Positions 1-11,125 are shown, numbered from the stretch's first letter. The stretch is DNA of 64,000 nt from Bdellovibrio sp. (GCA_036676395.1 JAKFCY010000002.1:2304001-2368000), one strand, 5' to 3'. The notes: generated from the sequence alone by a model not told the origin. Numbers and translations are program-made.

Positions 1-1011
1 AGTTCTGAAGTAGAATTGTGGACGGTAGTTAGTAAAGAATGGAGTATGACGTCCACCTTCATCTTTAGTAAGGATGTATGCCTCACCTTTGAATTTTTTG
101 TGTGGTTTAACTGAACCTGGCTTGATTAATACTTGGCCACGTTCAACATCTTCTTTTTTAGTACCACGTAAAAGAACACCGCAGTTGTCTCCAGCGCGAC
201 CTTCATCTAACAATTTACGGAACATTTCGATTCCAGTAACTGTAGTTTTTTGAGTCGGACGGATACCAACGATTTCGATCTCGTCATTTACTTTAACGAT
301 ACCACGCTCAACACGGCCAGTAACAACTGTACCACGACCAGAGATAGAGAACACGTCCTCTACTGGCATTAAGAATGTTTTTTCGATAGCGCGAACTGGT
401 TCAGGGATGTGTTTATCACAAGCTTCCATTAAAGCTAAGATAGATGGACGACCATACTCAGATTGGTCACCTTCTAAACCTAATTTAGCAGAACCTTTAA
501 CGATAGGGATAGTATCGCCAGGGAATTCGTATTTAGATAATAATTCACGAACTTCCATTTCAACTAGTTCAAGTAATTCTTTATCATCAACCATGTCACA
601 TTTGTTCATGAATACTACTAGAGCTGGAACACCTACTTGGCGTGCAAGTAAGATATGCTCACGAGTTTGTGGCATAGGACCGTCAGCTGCAGAAACTACT
701 AGGATTGCTCCGTCCATTTGTGCGGCACCAGTGATCATATTTTTTACGTAATCGGCATGGCCTGGGCAGTCAACGTGAGCGTAGTGACGGTTGTCAGTTT
801 CGTACTCAACGTGAGTTGTAGAGATAGTGATACCACGTGCTTTTTCTTCTGGAGACTTATCGATTTGATCGTAAGCCATAGCTTGCGCTTTACCCATAGT
901 CGCAAGAGTAGTCGTGATAGCAGCTGTTAAAGTTGTTTTACCATGATCGACGTGACCAATGGTACCGATGTTTACATGCGGTTTTGATCTGTTAAATTTC
1001 TCTTTAGACAT
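1..1011 (-). CDS. tuf: Elongation factor Tu (3' end runs off the window)
   Basis: Manual translation from ATG at 1011: [27 protein letters not shown], with DCPGHADY downstream; SD GGAGG upstream; not in the ORF track because truncated. Confidence 0.99.
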   Translation of the reverse strand, partial: MSKEKFNRSKPHVNIGTIGHVDHGKTTLTAAITTTLATMGKAQAMAYDQIDKSPEEKARGITISTTHVEYETDNRHYAHVDCPGHADYVKNMITGAAQMDGAILVVSAADGPMPQTREHILLARQVGVPALVVFMNKCDMVDDKELLELVEMEVRELLSKYEFPGDTIPIVKGSAKLGLEGDQSEYGRPSILALMEACDKHIPEPVRAIEKTFLMPVEDVFSISGRGTVVTGRVERGIVKVNDEIEIVGIRPTQKTTVTGIEMFRKLLDEGRAGDNCGVLLRGTKKEDVERGQVLIKPGSVKPHKKFKGEAYILTKDEGGRHTPFFTNYRPQFYFRT

Positions 1012-1120
1012 ATGTCCTCCTGCGAGAATGTTTGTTTTATAACTTTTAATTAAAAAAGCTTTTTAAATTTTTAAATCACTCATCAATTCTTCGTAATCAC
1101 TTACTTCAATTCTTTCGAAC

Positions 1121-1195
1121 TGGAGCCCGTGATCGGAGCCGAACCGACGACCTCACCCTTACCAAGGGTGTGCTCTACCACTGAGCTACACGGGC
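1121..1195 (-). tRNA. thrT: tRNA-Thr(GGT)
   Basis: Cloverleaf GCCCGTG...CACGGGC-TCCA, anticodon loop TTGGTAA, encoded CCA. Confidence 0.97.
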
Positions 1196-1212
1196 GTAAG
1201 GGCAAAAAACTT

Positions 1213-1289
1213 TGGAGCGGGAGACGAGTCTCGAACTCGCAACCCTCTGCTTGGAAGGCAGATACTCTAGCCAATTGAGCTACTCCCGC
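1213..1289 (-). tRNA. glyT: tRNA-Gly(TCC)
   Basis: GCGGGAG...CTCCCGC-TCCA, anticodon loop CTTCCAA, T-loop TTCGAGA. Confidence 0.98.
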
Positions 1290-1385
1290 CAAAATCTTTT
1301 ATCTTGCGACTGTAAACCATTCGAAAAAACCGAAAGGTTCGACGCTAATGACATTTTAAGATCGCCCACAAGGGAAAGCAAAAAA

Positions 1386-1471
<86 letters not shown>

Positions 1472-1537
1472 ATTAATTAACGTCTATGTACATTTAGCTA
1501 TAGTGTACACTCGCAAAATTCGCACTTAAGCGAAAAA

Positions 1538-1613
1538 TGGAGCTGGCAATGGGACTCGAACCCGCAACCTGCTGATTACAAATCAGCTGCTCTACCAATT
1601 GAGCTATGCCAGC
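1538..1613 (-). tRNA. thrU: tRNA-Thr(TGT)
   Basis: GCTGGCA...TGCCAGC-TCCA, anticodon loop TTTGTAA; completes the classic Thr-Tyr-Gly-Thr-tuf order. Confidence 0.98.
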
Positions 1614-1746
1614 ATAGCCTAAAACTTTCGTATAAAATTCCAGCCTTTTTGCAAAAGCTAAAATTCGTCAAAAATTTTAGTAACTTGGAATTTTTACTGG
1701 ATTCGCTCGGTCAGGTCAAATTTATTTTTAATAAGAATGAAAAGTT

Positions 1747-2325
1747 TTATGCTTGGTTTTTAGCCAGAGGTGCTTCAAAAACGTCCGAGTACACAGGAAA
1801 ATGTCCACGAAGTTGGCTTTCCATCAAAAAAAGCGAGCTAATCTCCCCTTTTCCTAGATCTATCTTTTTAAAAGGGCTAGCTGCCGACTCGACAGAATTT
1901 GGATTTCGCAGCCGTCCTAAAGTCATATGGGGGTAATATTGCTGTTGCGGGGGGAGTTCTAACTTTTGCTCGATCAAAGATTGTAAGTCTAAAAGGGGTT
2001 GTGAGCGCTGTACGTCGACGAAAAGAGTGCGCGCTTTTTGAAAATGATCAAAGGCTCCTAAGTCGTGAATTTTTAAATTAAACTCATGTGCGTGAATTGC
2101 AATTTCTGATAATTTCTCTCGTAAAATCGGAATTTTTTCTTCAGGAGTATCGCCTAGAAAACTTAACGTGATGTGCATGTTTTCAAGAGGCGACCACTTG
2201 ATTTGAATTTCTTTTTGGTCGAAAGATTTTTTCAGTTTTTTTAAAAAAGGGTCTAATTGATAAATTTGACCAAGGCTTGGCTTAATCGCGACAAATAATC
2301 TTTTGGTTTTTGCAGCTTCACTCAT
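1747..2325 (-). CDS. thpR: RNA 2',3'-cyclic phosphodiesterase (2H family)
   Basis: RLFVAI start, two HxT motifs (HITLSFLG, PHMTLGR). Confidence 0.93.
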   Translation of the reverse strand: MSEAAKTKRLFVAIKPSLGQIYQLDPFLKKLKKSFDQKEIQIKWSPLENMHITLSFLGDTPEEKIPILREKLSEIAIHAHEFNLKIHDLGAFDHFQKARTLFVDVQRSQPLLDLQSLIEQKLELPPQQQYYPHMTLGRLRNPNSVESAASPFKKIDLGKGEISSLFLMESQLRGHFPVYSDVFEAPLAKNQA

Positions 2326-2383
2326 CTAAGCAAAATTTTATCACCGCGAATTAAGAAACGTCCACTAATTGCATGTTAAGAAT

Positions 2384-3280
2384 TTATTTTTTTGTCCATT
2401 GACGTTTAGTTTCGGCTAAAGCCATCGCCGTAGCTACTGAAACGTTATAGCTTGCCTCTGGCGAAGCTTGCGGAATCGAAACCAACTCATCACACACGCG
2501 CTCTGTCGTCGAACGTAAGCCCTTGTCTTCTGCGCCCAACACCCAAATTACTTTTTCTGGATATTGAATGTCATAAATTGATTTTGTGGCCTTATGCGAA
2601 AGACCATAAACCCAAAATCCGGCTTCTTTTAAAGTAGCAAACGGATCGTTAAAATTATTGATACGCGCGATTTCTACGTGCTCTACACCACCGCAAGCTA
2701 CCTTGTGAACTGTTGGCGTTAAGCCTACAGCGCGGTCTTGAGGAATGATTAGACCACTTACGCCCATTAACCAGCTCGTACGTAAAATCGCACCTAAATT
2801 ATGTGGGTCTTCTACGCCGTCTAAAGCCAAAATAATGCTTTTATCTTCCCAACCTTGTTGAGTGTAATCAAAAGCTGGATTGTAATCTGAAAAAATCACA
2901 GCGCCTTGGTGGCCAGCGCAAAGTTTTGCTAATTCCATTTCGTTTTTTTCTTCGAAACGAATGTCTTTAGCTTTAAAAATTTGTAAGAGCTCTTTAATTT
3001 CAGGTGAATTTAATAAATTAGCTTGTACATAAGCTTGTTTGATCGATTGCGGCCGCACACTTAAAGCTTCTTTTACAGCGTGGGTGCCGGCAATTTGGCG
3101 CCAAGATTTAGGAAGAGACGAATGCATGCCTTGAGTTGCTGATCCGCGGGCCTGTACCTGACCACCTCGAGCCGGGCCATGAGAAACACGCGCTGGAGGC
3201 CGATTGCTTTTAGCTGCTGGACGACCGCCTGATTGTGGACGACCCTGTGCCGGACGCGGTTTACCTGAAGTTCTTCTCAT
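2384..3280 (-). CDS. rlmB: 23S rRNA 2'-O-ribose methyltransferase, SpoU/TrmH family
   Basis: LDGVEDPHNLGAILRT, VLGAEDKGL, SYNVSVA SPOUT motifs; Arg/Pro-rich N-terminal extension. Confidence 0.9.
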   Translation of the reverse strand: MRRTSGKPRPAQGRPQSGGRPAAKSNRPPARVSHGPARGGQVQARGSATQGMHSSLPKSWRQIAGTHAVKEALSVRPQSIKQAYVQANLLNSPEIKELLQIFKAKDIRFEEKNEMELAKLCAGHQGAVIFSDYNPAFDYTQQGWEDKSIILALDGVEDPHNLGAILRTSWLMGVSGLIIPQDRAVGLTPTVHKVACGGVEHVEIARINNFNDPFATLKEAGFWVYGLSHKATKSIYDIQYPEKVIWVLGAEDKGLRSTTERVCDELVSIPQASPEASYNVSVATAMALAETKRQWTKK

Positions 3281-3299
3281 ACATAATTCCTAAATAGAT

Positions 3300-3995
3300 C
3301 TAGATACTTTTTAAAATATCTAGAACAGCTTGTTTTGGATTGGTTGCTTGCAAGATGGGTCTACCAATAACTAAGGCAGAAGCGCCAGCTTGAATTGCTT
3401 GTTGTGGATTCATTACACGTTTTTGATCGTCTGCAGCAGCAGAATCGGGTCTAATTCCTGGAGTTACCTTATACAGATTGTGGTTTTTCAGCAGCTCTAG
3501 CTCGTGCGCCGAACAAACTAAACCAGTTAAGCCTGAATCAAGCACGAGGTTCGCTAAGCTCAACACATGATCAGTGACAGGCCATGGGTGTAATGACTTG
3601 GGCATCGACTGCTGATCCCAACTTGTAAGAATCGTAACGGCTAAGATTTTAAACGGGCGGATTTGATTTAGTTCTTTTTCTAGTTTTGCGAGCTCGGTTA
3701 AAGCCTCGCTACCCGATAAAGCGTGCACCGTTACAAATGTGGCCCCTGCGTGAAAACTTGTTTTCACGGCTGAAACCATTGTTGAAGGAATATCAAAATA
3801 TTTATTATCGATAAAAACGGGAGCTACTTTAGCGCATTCTTTGATAAATTCAGTGCCATACTGATAACCAAGACGTGGTCCAATTTTAATGGCACCGACC
3901 ACATCACCCACTTGAGCCAAAATCTTTTGCGCTTGCTCTTTGGTATCTACATCAAGAGCTAACATGATTGGATTTTTGATCAAGCTTTGTGACAT
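3300..3995 (-). CDS. pyrF: Orotidine-5'-phosphate decarboxylase
   Basis: LALDV, DNKYFDIPST, VTPGIRP, DDQKR, VIGRPI. Confidence 0.97.
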   Translation of the reverse strand: MSQSLIKNPIMLALDVDTKEQAQKILAQVGDVVGAIKIGPRLGYQYGTEFIKECAKVAPVFIDNKYFDIPSTMVSAVKTSFHAGATFVTVHALSGSEALTELAKLEKELNQIRPFKILAVTILTSWDQQSMPKSLHPWPVTDHVLSLANLVLDSGLTGLVCSAHELELLKNHNLYKVTPGIRPDSAAADDQKRVMNPQQAIQAGASALVIGRPILQATNPKQAVLDILKSI

Positions 3996-4007
3996 GTTTT
4001 ATAATTC

Positions 4008-5753
4008 CTATCTTGTAGCTAAAACTTTTTCTGCCTGTGCCATAACTGCCTCTGGCGGTACTTTTTCAACTTCTTTAGTTTTACGATTTACAACTTCGAT
4101 TTGTGCCGCTTCAAAACCTTTTTTGCCGACAACAATACGCACTGGAAAACCTAAAAGATCTGCATCTTTAAATTTCACACCTGGGCGCTCATCACGATCA
4201 TCAATAAATGTTTCAATGCCTTTTTCTGCAAAACGTAAAGCCAAATCGTAGACGTATTTTGTTAAGTTTTCATCTTTGATATCTAATAAACAAATATGAA
4301 CATGAAACGGAGAAAGAGCTTTTGACCAGATGATACCATCTTGGTCATGACTTTGTTCAATCGCAGCTTGAACGACGCGAGTGATACCAATTCCGTAACA
4401 GCCCATTTCGTAGTGCTGAGATTTTCCGTTTTTATCTAAGAAAACACCGTTCATTTTTTTAGAATATTTTTGCCCTAAGTAGAAAACGTGACCCACTTCG
4501 ATACCGCGGTAAGATTTTAATTTACCGTCAGATTCAGGGCACTTATCACCTTCGCGCGCCATACGCAAATCAGCGGTTTTTGTGATTTGATAATCGCGGC
4601 CATGGTTCACATTGCGTAAGTGAAAGTGGTCTTCGTTAGCGCCGACGATGTAGTTTTTTAAACCCATGATGCCGGTATCTGCGTAGATTGGAATTTTTAA
4701 GCCGACAGGTCCACATGAACCTGGGCTTGCCCCCGTAACATGACGAACTTCATCATCAGTTAACATCTCTGGAGAATTTGACATTCCCAGCATATTTTTA
4801 ACTTTGATCGGGTTAACTTCATCAGAACCACGAAGTAAAATAGCGACTGCTTTGATGTCTTTTACTTTCGGATCTTCGTTTGTAGCGAAATAAAGTGTTT
4901 TAACTAAATCGCGAGCCGGAATTTTTGTGAACGCTTCAAGATCTGCGATAGTTTTTTGATTTGGAGTTTCAAATTTCTCCATCGCTTTTTCTGCTTCGTT
5001 TGAAATATGTGGAACAGCGTCGATAGCTGGGCACACTTCAACATTGGCCGCAAATCTTGTTTTATCAGAAACTAATAAAGCATCTTCACCGGCTTCGGCT
5101 AAAAGCTGGAACTCGTGCGTTTGGCTGCCGCCGATGTTACCCGCATCAGCCTGTACAGCGCGGTATTCTAAATTTAAACGATCAAAAATTCTCTCATAAG
5201 CCTGATACATGCCTTCGTAAGTTTTAAGAGCACCGGCTTGATCCATATCAAAACTGTACGCATCTTTCATTACGAATTCACGGCCGCGCATTAAACCGAA
5301 ACGTGGACGGATTTCATCGCGGTACTTTGTTTGAATCTGATAAATGTTTTTCGGAAAATCTCTCCATGATTTTAATTCATGCCGTACGTAATCAACTACG
5401 GCTTCTTCTGCTGTAGCACTTAAACAAAATTCTTGGTTATTACGATTTTTAAATTTTAATAAACCTGCGCCCATCTGAGCCCAACGATCAGTTTCTTCCC
5501 ATAATTCGCGCGGTTGAACTACTGGCATTAAAATTTCGATACCATTGGCTTTGTGAAGTTCTTCGCGAACGATCTCTTCGAATTTACGAATGGCGCGAAG
5601 ACCTATCGCTCCATAAGTATAAAGTCCTGGGCCTAATTTTTTCATGAATCCAGAACGCATCATAAGTTGGTGCGATGGAATTTCAGCATCAGAGGGAGCT
5701 TCTTTAAGAGTGAATAAATGGGTCTGTGACCACTTTAAGATTGGCTGTTTCAT
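4008..5753 (-). CDS. proS: Proline--tRNA ligase (bacterial type with editing insertion)
   Basis: KYRDEIRPRFGLMRGREFVMKDAYSF, MGCYGIGITR, C-terminal anticodon-binding domain. Confidence 0.99.
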   Translation of the reverse strand: MKQPILKWSQTHLFTLKEAPSDAEIPSHQLMMRSGFMKKLGPGLYTYGAIGLRAIRKFEEIVREELHKANGIEILMPVVQPRELWEETDRWAQMGAGLLKFKNRNNQEFCLSATAEEAVVDYVRHELKSWRDFPKNIYQIQTKYRDEIRPRFGLMRGREFVMKDAYSFDMDQAGALKTYEGMYQAYERIFDRLNLEYRAVQADAGNIGGSQTHEFQLLAEAGEDALLVSDKTRFAANVEVCPAIDAVPHISNEAEKAMEKFETPNQKTIADLEAFTKIPARDLVKTLYFATNEDPKVKDIKAVAILLRGSDEVNPIKVKNMLGMSNSPEMLTDDEVRHVTGASPGSCGPVGLKIPIYADTGIMGLKNYIVGANEDHFHLRNVNHGRDYQITKTADLRMAREGDKCPESDGKLKSYRGIEVGHVFYLGQKYSKKMNGVFLDKNGKSQHYEMGCYGIGITRVVQAAIEQSHDQDGIIWSKALSPFHVHICLLDIKDENLTKYVYDLALRFAEKGIETFIDDRDERPGVKFKDADLLGFPVRIVVGKKGFEAAQIEVVNRKTKEVEKVPPEAVMAQAEKVLATR

Positions 5754-7138
5754 ATGTTGACCTCGATACCGTAGGCTTTAATTTTTCTGTGTAAATAACT
5801 GCGCTCTAAACCAATGGCTTCAGCGGTTTTTGAAATGTTGCCACCGTTTTCCTGGATTTTTTTAATTAAATAATCTTTTTCAAATTCTGCACGCGCATCA
5901 CGGAATGTTGAAATTTCAGAGTGTGACCCGGGCACGCCGTCTTTTTTATCTGATAGACCTGCAAAACGCAGATCATGCACGTCAACGTAATCTGACGGCG
6001 TTAAGATATACACGCGTTCAATAAAGTTTTTTAATTCGCGGATGTTACCTGGCCATGAGTGCTTCACTAAAAGCTTTAAACCTTGTTCAGAAATTGTCTT
6101 TCTAAACGAAGCCATTTGTTTGGCGATAATGTCACTAAAATGAAAAATCAAAGATTGAATATCTTCTGGGCGATTACGAAGCGGATCAACAACGATTTCG
6201 TTGTTCTGTAACAATCCTGCAAGTTCAGTCGCTACTTTACCACTGGCTATTAAAGCCGAAAGATTTACTGACGAAGTTAAGATCACTCGTGATGTCGCAG
6301 TGATCGCATCTGCTGAACCTACGCGTGAAAACTTTTGTGTTCTTAAGTACTGTAAAAGTTTTAATTGAATAGCCTGAGGCATTTCTTCGATCTCTTCGAT
6401 GATAACCGTGCCACCTTCGATAAGTTCTAATTTACCTTTACGAGTTTTATCAATTCCTGGTAACACGCCCTTTTCAATACCGAATAATTCGATCTCGATT
6501 AAATCTTGAGGCAATGTCGCACAATTAATTTCAACAATTGAGCGGCTGGCTTGCGAACTCATAAAGTGAATGTTTTGCGCCACTAGTTCACGACCTGATC
6601 CAGGTTCGCCTGAAATCAAAATCGTTTGCTGAGTTTTAGCAACAGTCGTGATTTGTTCGCGCACTTTTTGCAGGGATTTTGATTCACCGACTAGAGCAAT
6701 ATTTTTTCTTAACTTATTTAACAACGCTTGTTTTTCGTCTTTTTCAGCTTTGAATTTCAAAACGTGGTCGATCACTAACGTGATTTTTTCTAACGAAAGT
6801 GGCTTTTCAATAAAATCCCATGCGCCAGTTTTAGTCGCCTTAACTGCGGTCTCGATAGTGCCGTGGCCAGAGATCATAATAAATTGCGTGTCTGGATTTT
6901 GCGGGATCGCTTGAGTTAAGACTTCGATCCCGTCCATTTTAGGCATCCAGATATCTAAGAAACAAATATGCGGTTTAAATTCTTGAAGAACTTGCAAACC
7001 TGTTGGTCCATCTGGAGCTGTTAAAACATGAAAGCCATCGTCTTTTAAACTCTCTGACATGACCTGACGAATCGGGCCTTCATCATCGATAATTAAAATG
7101 CGCGTTTTTAGTTTTTCTTCGTGTAAAACCTGAGACAT
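5750..7138 (-). CDS. ntrX: NtrX-like response regulator (REC-AAA+-HTH Fis)
   Basis: REC (IIDDE, LDIWMP, MISGHG), WPGNIRELKN, HTH GLERSYLHRKIK; downstream of an NtrY-like kinase. Confidence 0.85.
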   Translation of the reverse strand: MSQVLHEEKLKTRILIIDDEGPIRQVMSESLKDDGFHVLTAPDGPTGLQVLQEFKPHICFLDIWMPKMDGIEVLTQAIPQNPDTQFIMISGHGTIETAVKATKTGAWDFIEKPLSLEKITLVIDHVLKFKAEKDEKQALLNKLRKNIALVGESKSLQKVREQITTVAKTQQTILISGEPGSGRELVAQNIHFMSSQASRSIVEINCATLPQDLIEIELFGIEKGVLPGIDKTRKGKLELIEGGTVIIEEIEEMPQAIQLKLLQYLRTQKFSRVGSADAITATSRVILTSSVNLSALIASGKVATELAGLLQNNEIVVDPLRNRPEDIQSLIFHFSDIIAKQMASFRKTISEQGLKLLVKHSWPGNIRELKNFIERVYILTPSDYVDVHDLRFAGLSDKKDGVPGSHSEISTFRDARAEFEKDYLIKKIQENGGNISKTAEAIGLERSYLHRKIKAYGIEVNI

Positions 7139-7174
7139 ACGTCCACCTTCTTATAGCTAATAAAAGCTACAGCA

Positions 7175-9385
7175 TTAAGGGGCGCTTGTATACAATGGAA
7201 GCTCTATATAAATCTTGGTTCCTTGCGGTTCGTTACCCAGAGCGCGAATAACTCCGCCATGATCTTCGATAATACTTTTAACGATCGGCAATCCCAAGCC
7301 AGTTCCTTTTTCTTTAGTTGAAAAATAAGGCTCAAAGACGCGAACACGGTCGCGGGCTGGAATTCCAAGGCCGTTATCAATGATATAAATTCGGGCAATT
7401 CTATGCTGGGTTTGATATTCAGTCTTAATTGTCACTTCAGGGTGAGCAATTTGCGCTGTTTCGTCTTCAGTTGCATGAACCGCGTTATCTAACAGATTCA
7501 CAAACACGCGCTTTAACTGAGCCGGATCAAATTTAAATTCTGGCATTGCCGGATCAAGCTCTAAACGAAATTTCACTTTACCGTGATTTTGCGAATAAAC
7601 ATCGCCCATACTTTTAAGAACATCATTTAACTGAGCATGAACTAATTTAAGTTCAGGCATACGCGCAAACTGACTGAATTCATTCACCAGATTTCGCATA
7701 TCATCGACTTGCGACACGATCATTTGAATAGAATCTTTAAAAGCCTGCTCATTAATTTGATCGCCATATTTTTTAGAAATACGTTCTGCGGCCAGACGAA
7801 TCGGCGTTAGTGGATTTTTAATTTCATGCGCGATACGACGCGCCACTTCTGACCAGGCCGCCGCACGCTGAGCATTTACAATCGGAGTCATATCATCAAA
7901 CACCATGATACGGCCGATTTGATGCTGAAATTCATTACGTAAAATAGAAACATGCACTGAGAGTGGAATAGGTTCTTTTTCGATGCCGTTTTCTGTTTGT
8001 TTATCGACCTCGATACGGATTTCTTTTTGTAAACTGGTTAAATTATTTTCCTGCATGGCTTTTACAAACTGCGAGAAAATTTTGTAAGTTTGTTCGTCTA
8101 ACAACTGCTTGATCGGCTTACCGACGGCTTTAGAAGGATCGACGATCAACAATTCGCCGGCCCGGCGATTCATTGTGGTGACAATACCTGACATATCTAC
8201 TGATAAAACGCCCGCAGATACGTTACCTAATACGATTTCAACATACGAAGTGTATTGATTTAAATTTTTAATGGTTTGCTGTAATTCAAGTTCTGATGAC
8301 GACAGATTTGAAATCATCTGATTGAAGTTTCCGATCAGATTACTGATTTCTTCACTGCCTGATTCGATTTCTAATGAAGAATAATCGCCGCCAGCAACCC
8401 GCTTGGTGGCACGGCCCAGCTGCACGAGTGGCACCGAAAGTTGTTTGGCTAAATGGAAACCAAACCAAATGGCAGCAAATAAAATCACCAGCGACATTAC
8501 AATCTGCATAATAAAATACATCGATTTTAATGGATTTTCGATAAGTGTATTGTCTTGAAATTCTTGATAGGCCCCGACGATATCGTCGAATTTTGCACCC
8601 GGGGCTAAATTTAGAACTTTTGAAACCACCACCACACCATTTTCAGTGGGCACCATCATACGCAATAAATGCGCATCTGAAAAAACCTGAACTATGCTGG
8701 CTTGGCTTTCATGCAAAAAACCCTTTTGCAAAAAATCAAAATTAGGGCGAGGAACCACTTGTCTGACGGCTTTAGTATCCTGGGCGATATAACGTTCTGA
8801 TAACAGATCTGGATAGTATTCAACCACATCAAGCTTATAATCTTTTTGCAGTTTTTTTAGAATGTCGTCTAATTTTTGTGGGTTCTGCGTTTTGGCAACA
8901 GCTTCGGCCACCATCGCAGCGTAATCATAACCTTTGCGTTTTTCTTGCGCGATAAATGAATCAATCACTTCTGAGGCATTTTTTAAAATGCCGATCATGC
9001 GCTGTGAAAACCAACGATCAAAACTTGAATTTAGATAAAACACTGAAAGAATTAAAACTAACGATGTCGGAATCACCGAGAATGTGGCAAAGGCGATAAT
9101 CAGTTTTGATTTTAACGATGAGCCAAAGATTTTACCGCGGCGTTCGATAAAAACTTTAACGATATTTCTAAAAATTAAAAACAACAGAAGTAAGACTAGA
9201 ATTAAATTTACGTTAACTAACCCGATGAAATAAATAATGTACGGGCTTGGCAGGGTTTGCCCTGAACGAAAAACATAAACTTCAATACCAACTAAAATGG
9301 CGAGCAAAATTGAAATTGCAAAAATAGAAATGACTTCTTTTCGCCTTTTCAGTGATTCGACATTTTGTGTGGGTATTCTAGCCAT
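7175..9385 (-). CDS. ntrY: NtrY-like sensor histidine kinase (TM-HAMP-PAS-HisKA-HATPase)
   Basis: AWSEVARRIAHEIKNPLTPI H-box typical of NtrY; N, G1, F, G2 boxes. Confidence 0.9.
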   Translation of the reverse strand: MARIPTQNVESLKRRKEVISIFAISILLAILVGIEVYVFRSGQTLPSPYIIYFIGLVNVNLILVLLLLFLIFRNIVKVFIERRGKIFGSSLKSKLIIAFATFSVIPTSLVLILSVFYLNSSFDRWFSQRMIGILKNASEVIDSFIAQEKRKGYDYAAMVAEAVAKTQNPQKLDDILKKLQKDYKLDVVEYYPDLLSERYIAQDTKAVRQVVPRPNFDFLQKGFLHESQASIVQVFSDAHLLRMMVPTENGVVVVSKVLNLAPGAKFDDIVGAYQEFQDNTLIENPLKSMYFIMQIVMSLVILFAAIWFGFHLAKQLSVPLVQLGRATKRVAGGDYSSLEIESGSEEISNLIGNFNQMISNLSSSELELQQTIKNLNQYTSYVEIVLGNVSAGVLSVDMSGIVTTMNRRAGELLIVDPSKAVGKPIKQLLDEQTYKIFSQFVKAMQENNLTSLQKEIRIEVDKQTENGIEKEPIPLSVHVSILRNEFQHQIGRIMVFDDMTPIVNAQRAAAWSEVARRIAHEIKNPLTPIRLAAERISKKYGDQINEQAFKDSIQMIVSQVDDMRNLVNEFSQFARMPELKLVHAQLNDVLKSMGDVYSQNHGKVKFRLELDPAMPEFKFDPAQLKRVFVNLLDNAVHATEDETAQIAHPEVTIKTEYQTQHRIARIYIIDNGLGIPARDRVRVFEPYFSTKEKGTGLGLPIVKSIIEDHGGVIRALGNEPQGTKIYIELPLYTSAP

Positions 9386-9391
9386 GCCCCT

Positions 9392-9874
9392 TTATTTTTT
9401 CTTGATTTCGCGCAGAAGTCCAATCATCTCAAGAGCTGCTTGGGCCGCATCAATTCCTTTGTGACCATGACGACCGCCTACGCGGTCTAAAGCTTGTTCT
9501 TCAGTTTCAGTGGTTAAAACACCAAAAGCGATGGGTTTTTTATAATCTAACATTAATCTTGAGCAATTTCGCTCAACAGAACGGCAAACTTCTTCATAAT
9601 GAGTGGTTTCACCACGAATAACTGCTCCAAGGGTGATCACTGCATCAACTTTTTGGTATTCTAATAAAGCTTGGGCCGCTAAAGGGATTTCAACAGCACC
9701 TGGAACACGAACCGAGAAAATTTCTACGCCTTCTACTGATTCAAGAAAATCTAAAGTGCCATCTTCTAACTTTGATGTGATTTCTTCGTTAAAACGCGAA
9801 GTCACAACCCCGATTTTAATTTTTTGAACTTTAGGTTTTGCAATTTTAGATTTAACGGCTTTTTTAGCTTTCAT
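9392..9874 (-). CDS. ribH: 6,7-dimethyl-8-ribityllumazine synthase
   Basis: SRFN, VPGAVEIP, GAVIRGETTHY; start moved to ATG 9874 overlapping the ribB 3' end. Confidence 0.97.
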   Translation of the reverse strand: MKAKKAVKSKIAKPKVQKIKIGVVTSRFNEEITSKLEDGTLDFLESVEGVEIFSVRVPGAVEIPLAAQALLEYQKVDAVITLGAVIRGETTHYEEVCRSVERNCSRLMLDYKKPIAFGVLTTETEEQALDRVGGRHGHKGIDAAQAALEMIGLLREIKKK

Positions 9875-10478
9875 GGGACTTCCTGTATTCGATAAGCGCT
9901 TCAATCGTACCGATCTTAATATTATGTTTTTTTGCAAAGATCATTAGATCCGGTAAGCGCGCCATAGTGCCGTCATCATTAATGACTTCACAAATTACGC
10001 TGGCTGGAGTTTGTTTTGTGATTACGGCCAGATCAACACTGGCTTCGGTGTGCCCTGCGCGACCCAACACACCTTGCGAGTGAGCTTTTAAAGGAAAGAT
10101 ATGCCCTGGCACAATCACATCACTGGCTTTTGCAGTTTCACGAGAAGCGACCATAATCGTATGTGAACGATCAGCAGCAGAAATTCCAGTAGTTACGCCA
10201 AAACTTGCTTCAATCGAATAAGTAAATGCTGTTTCGGTCGCACCACGCTGATGTGATTTAGAAGTCATCATCGGAATTTGCAATTTTTCGATTTGCGAAG
10301 CCGTCATCGATAAACAAATTAAACCGCGCGCTTCTTTAGCCATGAAGTTTACCGCTTCTGGCGTAATGGCGTCAGCGGCGATCACTAAATCGCCTTCGTT
10401 TTCACGATTTTCATCATCCACTAGAATTACGAATTTTCCGGCTTTAAAATCAGCGATGATATCTTGGATAGAATTCAT
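9864..10478 (-). CDS. ribB: 3,4-dihydroxy-2-butanone-4-phosphate synthase (stand-alone)
   Basis: [34 protein letters not shown]. Confidence 0.97.
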   Translation of the reverse strand: MNSIQDIIADFKAGKFVILVDDENRENEGDLVIAADAITPEAVNFMAKEARGLICLSMTASQIEKLQIPMMTSKSHQRGATETAFTYSIEASFGVTTGISAADRSHTIMVASRETAKASDVIVPGHIFPLKAHSQGVLGRAGHTEASVDLAVITKQTPASVICEVINDDGTMARLPDLMIFAKKHNIKIGTIEALIEYRKSHES

Positions 10479-11068
10479 TTGGTTCCTTGTGAGCGGATGT
10501 AGGCTTTTGCTAAATAATCAGATTCAATATTTACGAAATCATTTTTTTTGTAGTACTGCAGATTGGTCACTTTTAAAGTTTCCGGAATCAAGCAGAAGAA
10601 AATAAAATTATTTTCAATTTTATTGATCGTAAGACTTACGCCGTTAATGCAGGCTGAACCTTTGTGCCAGAAAAATTTAGCAATTTCAGGTGATACCTCA
10701 ACAGCTAAATCCCACACATCGCCGTTAGCTTCAGAAACTACAATCTTTGCAGCTTCGTCCACGTGTCCTGTAACCAGATGACCATGGACGCGATCGCCGA
10801 ATTTTAATGAACGTTCAAGATTTAAGGGAACGTGCTCCCAGTAAGATAAACTTTTATCTAACAACGTTAAAGTTTCTAATCCCAAACAAAACTGCATTTC
10901 GTTTTGATCAAACGCTTCAACGGTTAAACAGGCCCCGTTTACACAAATACTATCGCCAATTTTAATGTCATTAAAAGATGTCGGACGCTTTACCCAAAGG
11001 CGCGAAGCCTGGTTCATTTTTTCGGTGCGAATAAGAGTTGTCGTGGTCTCGACGATTCCAGAAAACAT
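10475..11068 (-). CDS. ribE: Riboflavin synthase
   Basis: MFSGIVE, GDSICVNGACLTV, GHLVTGHVD, NGVSLT. Confidence 0.97.
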   Translation of the reverse strand: MFSGIVETTTTLIRTEKMNQASRLWVKRPTSFNDIKIGDSICVNGACLTVEAFDQNEMQFCLGLETLTLLDKSLSYWEHVPLNLERSLKFGDRVHGHLVTGHVDEAAKIVVSEANGDVWDLAVEVSPEIAKFFWHKGSACINGVSLTINKIENNFIFFCLIPETLKVTNLQYYKKNDFVNIESDYLAKAYIRSQGTK

Positions 11069-11125
11069 ACGCCGCTAGTTATCATGCTATAGCAGCGTAA
11101 GTCTATTATTGATTATAAGATGTGC

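Noticed and set aside
11069..11125. FMN riboswitch before the rib genes
   Set aside because: Only 57 nt intergenic and no RFN consensus
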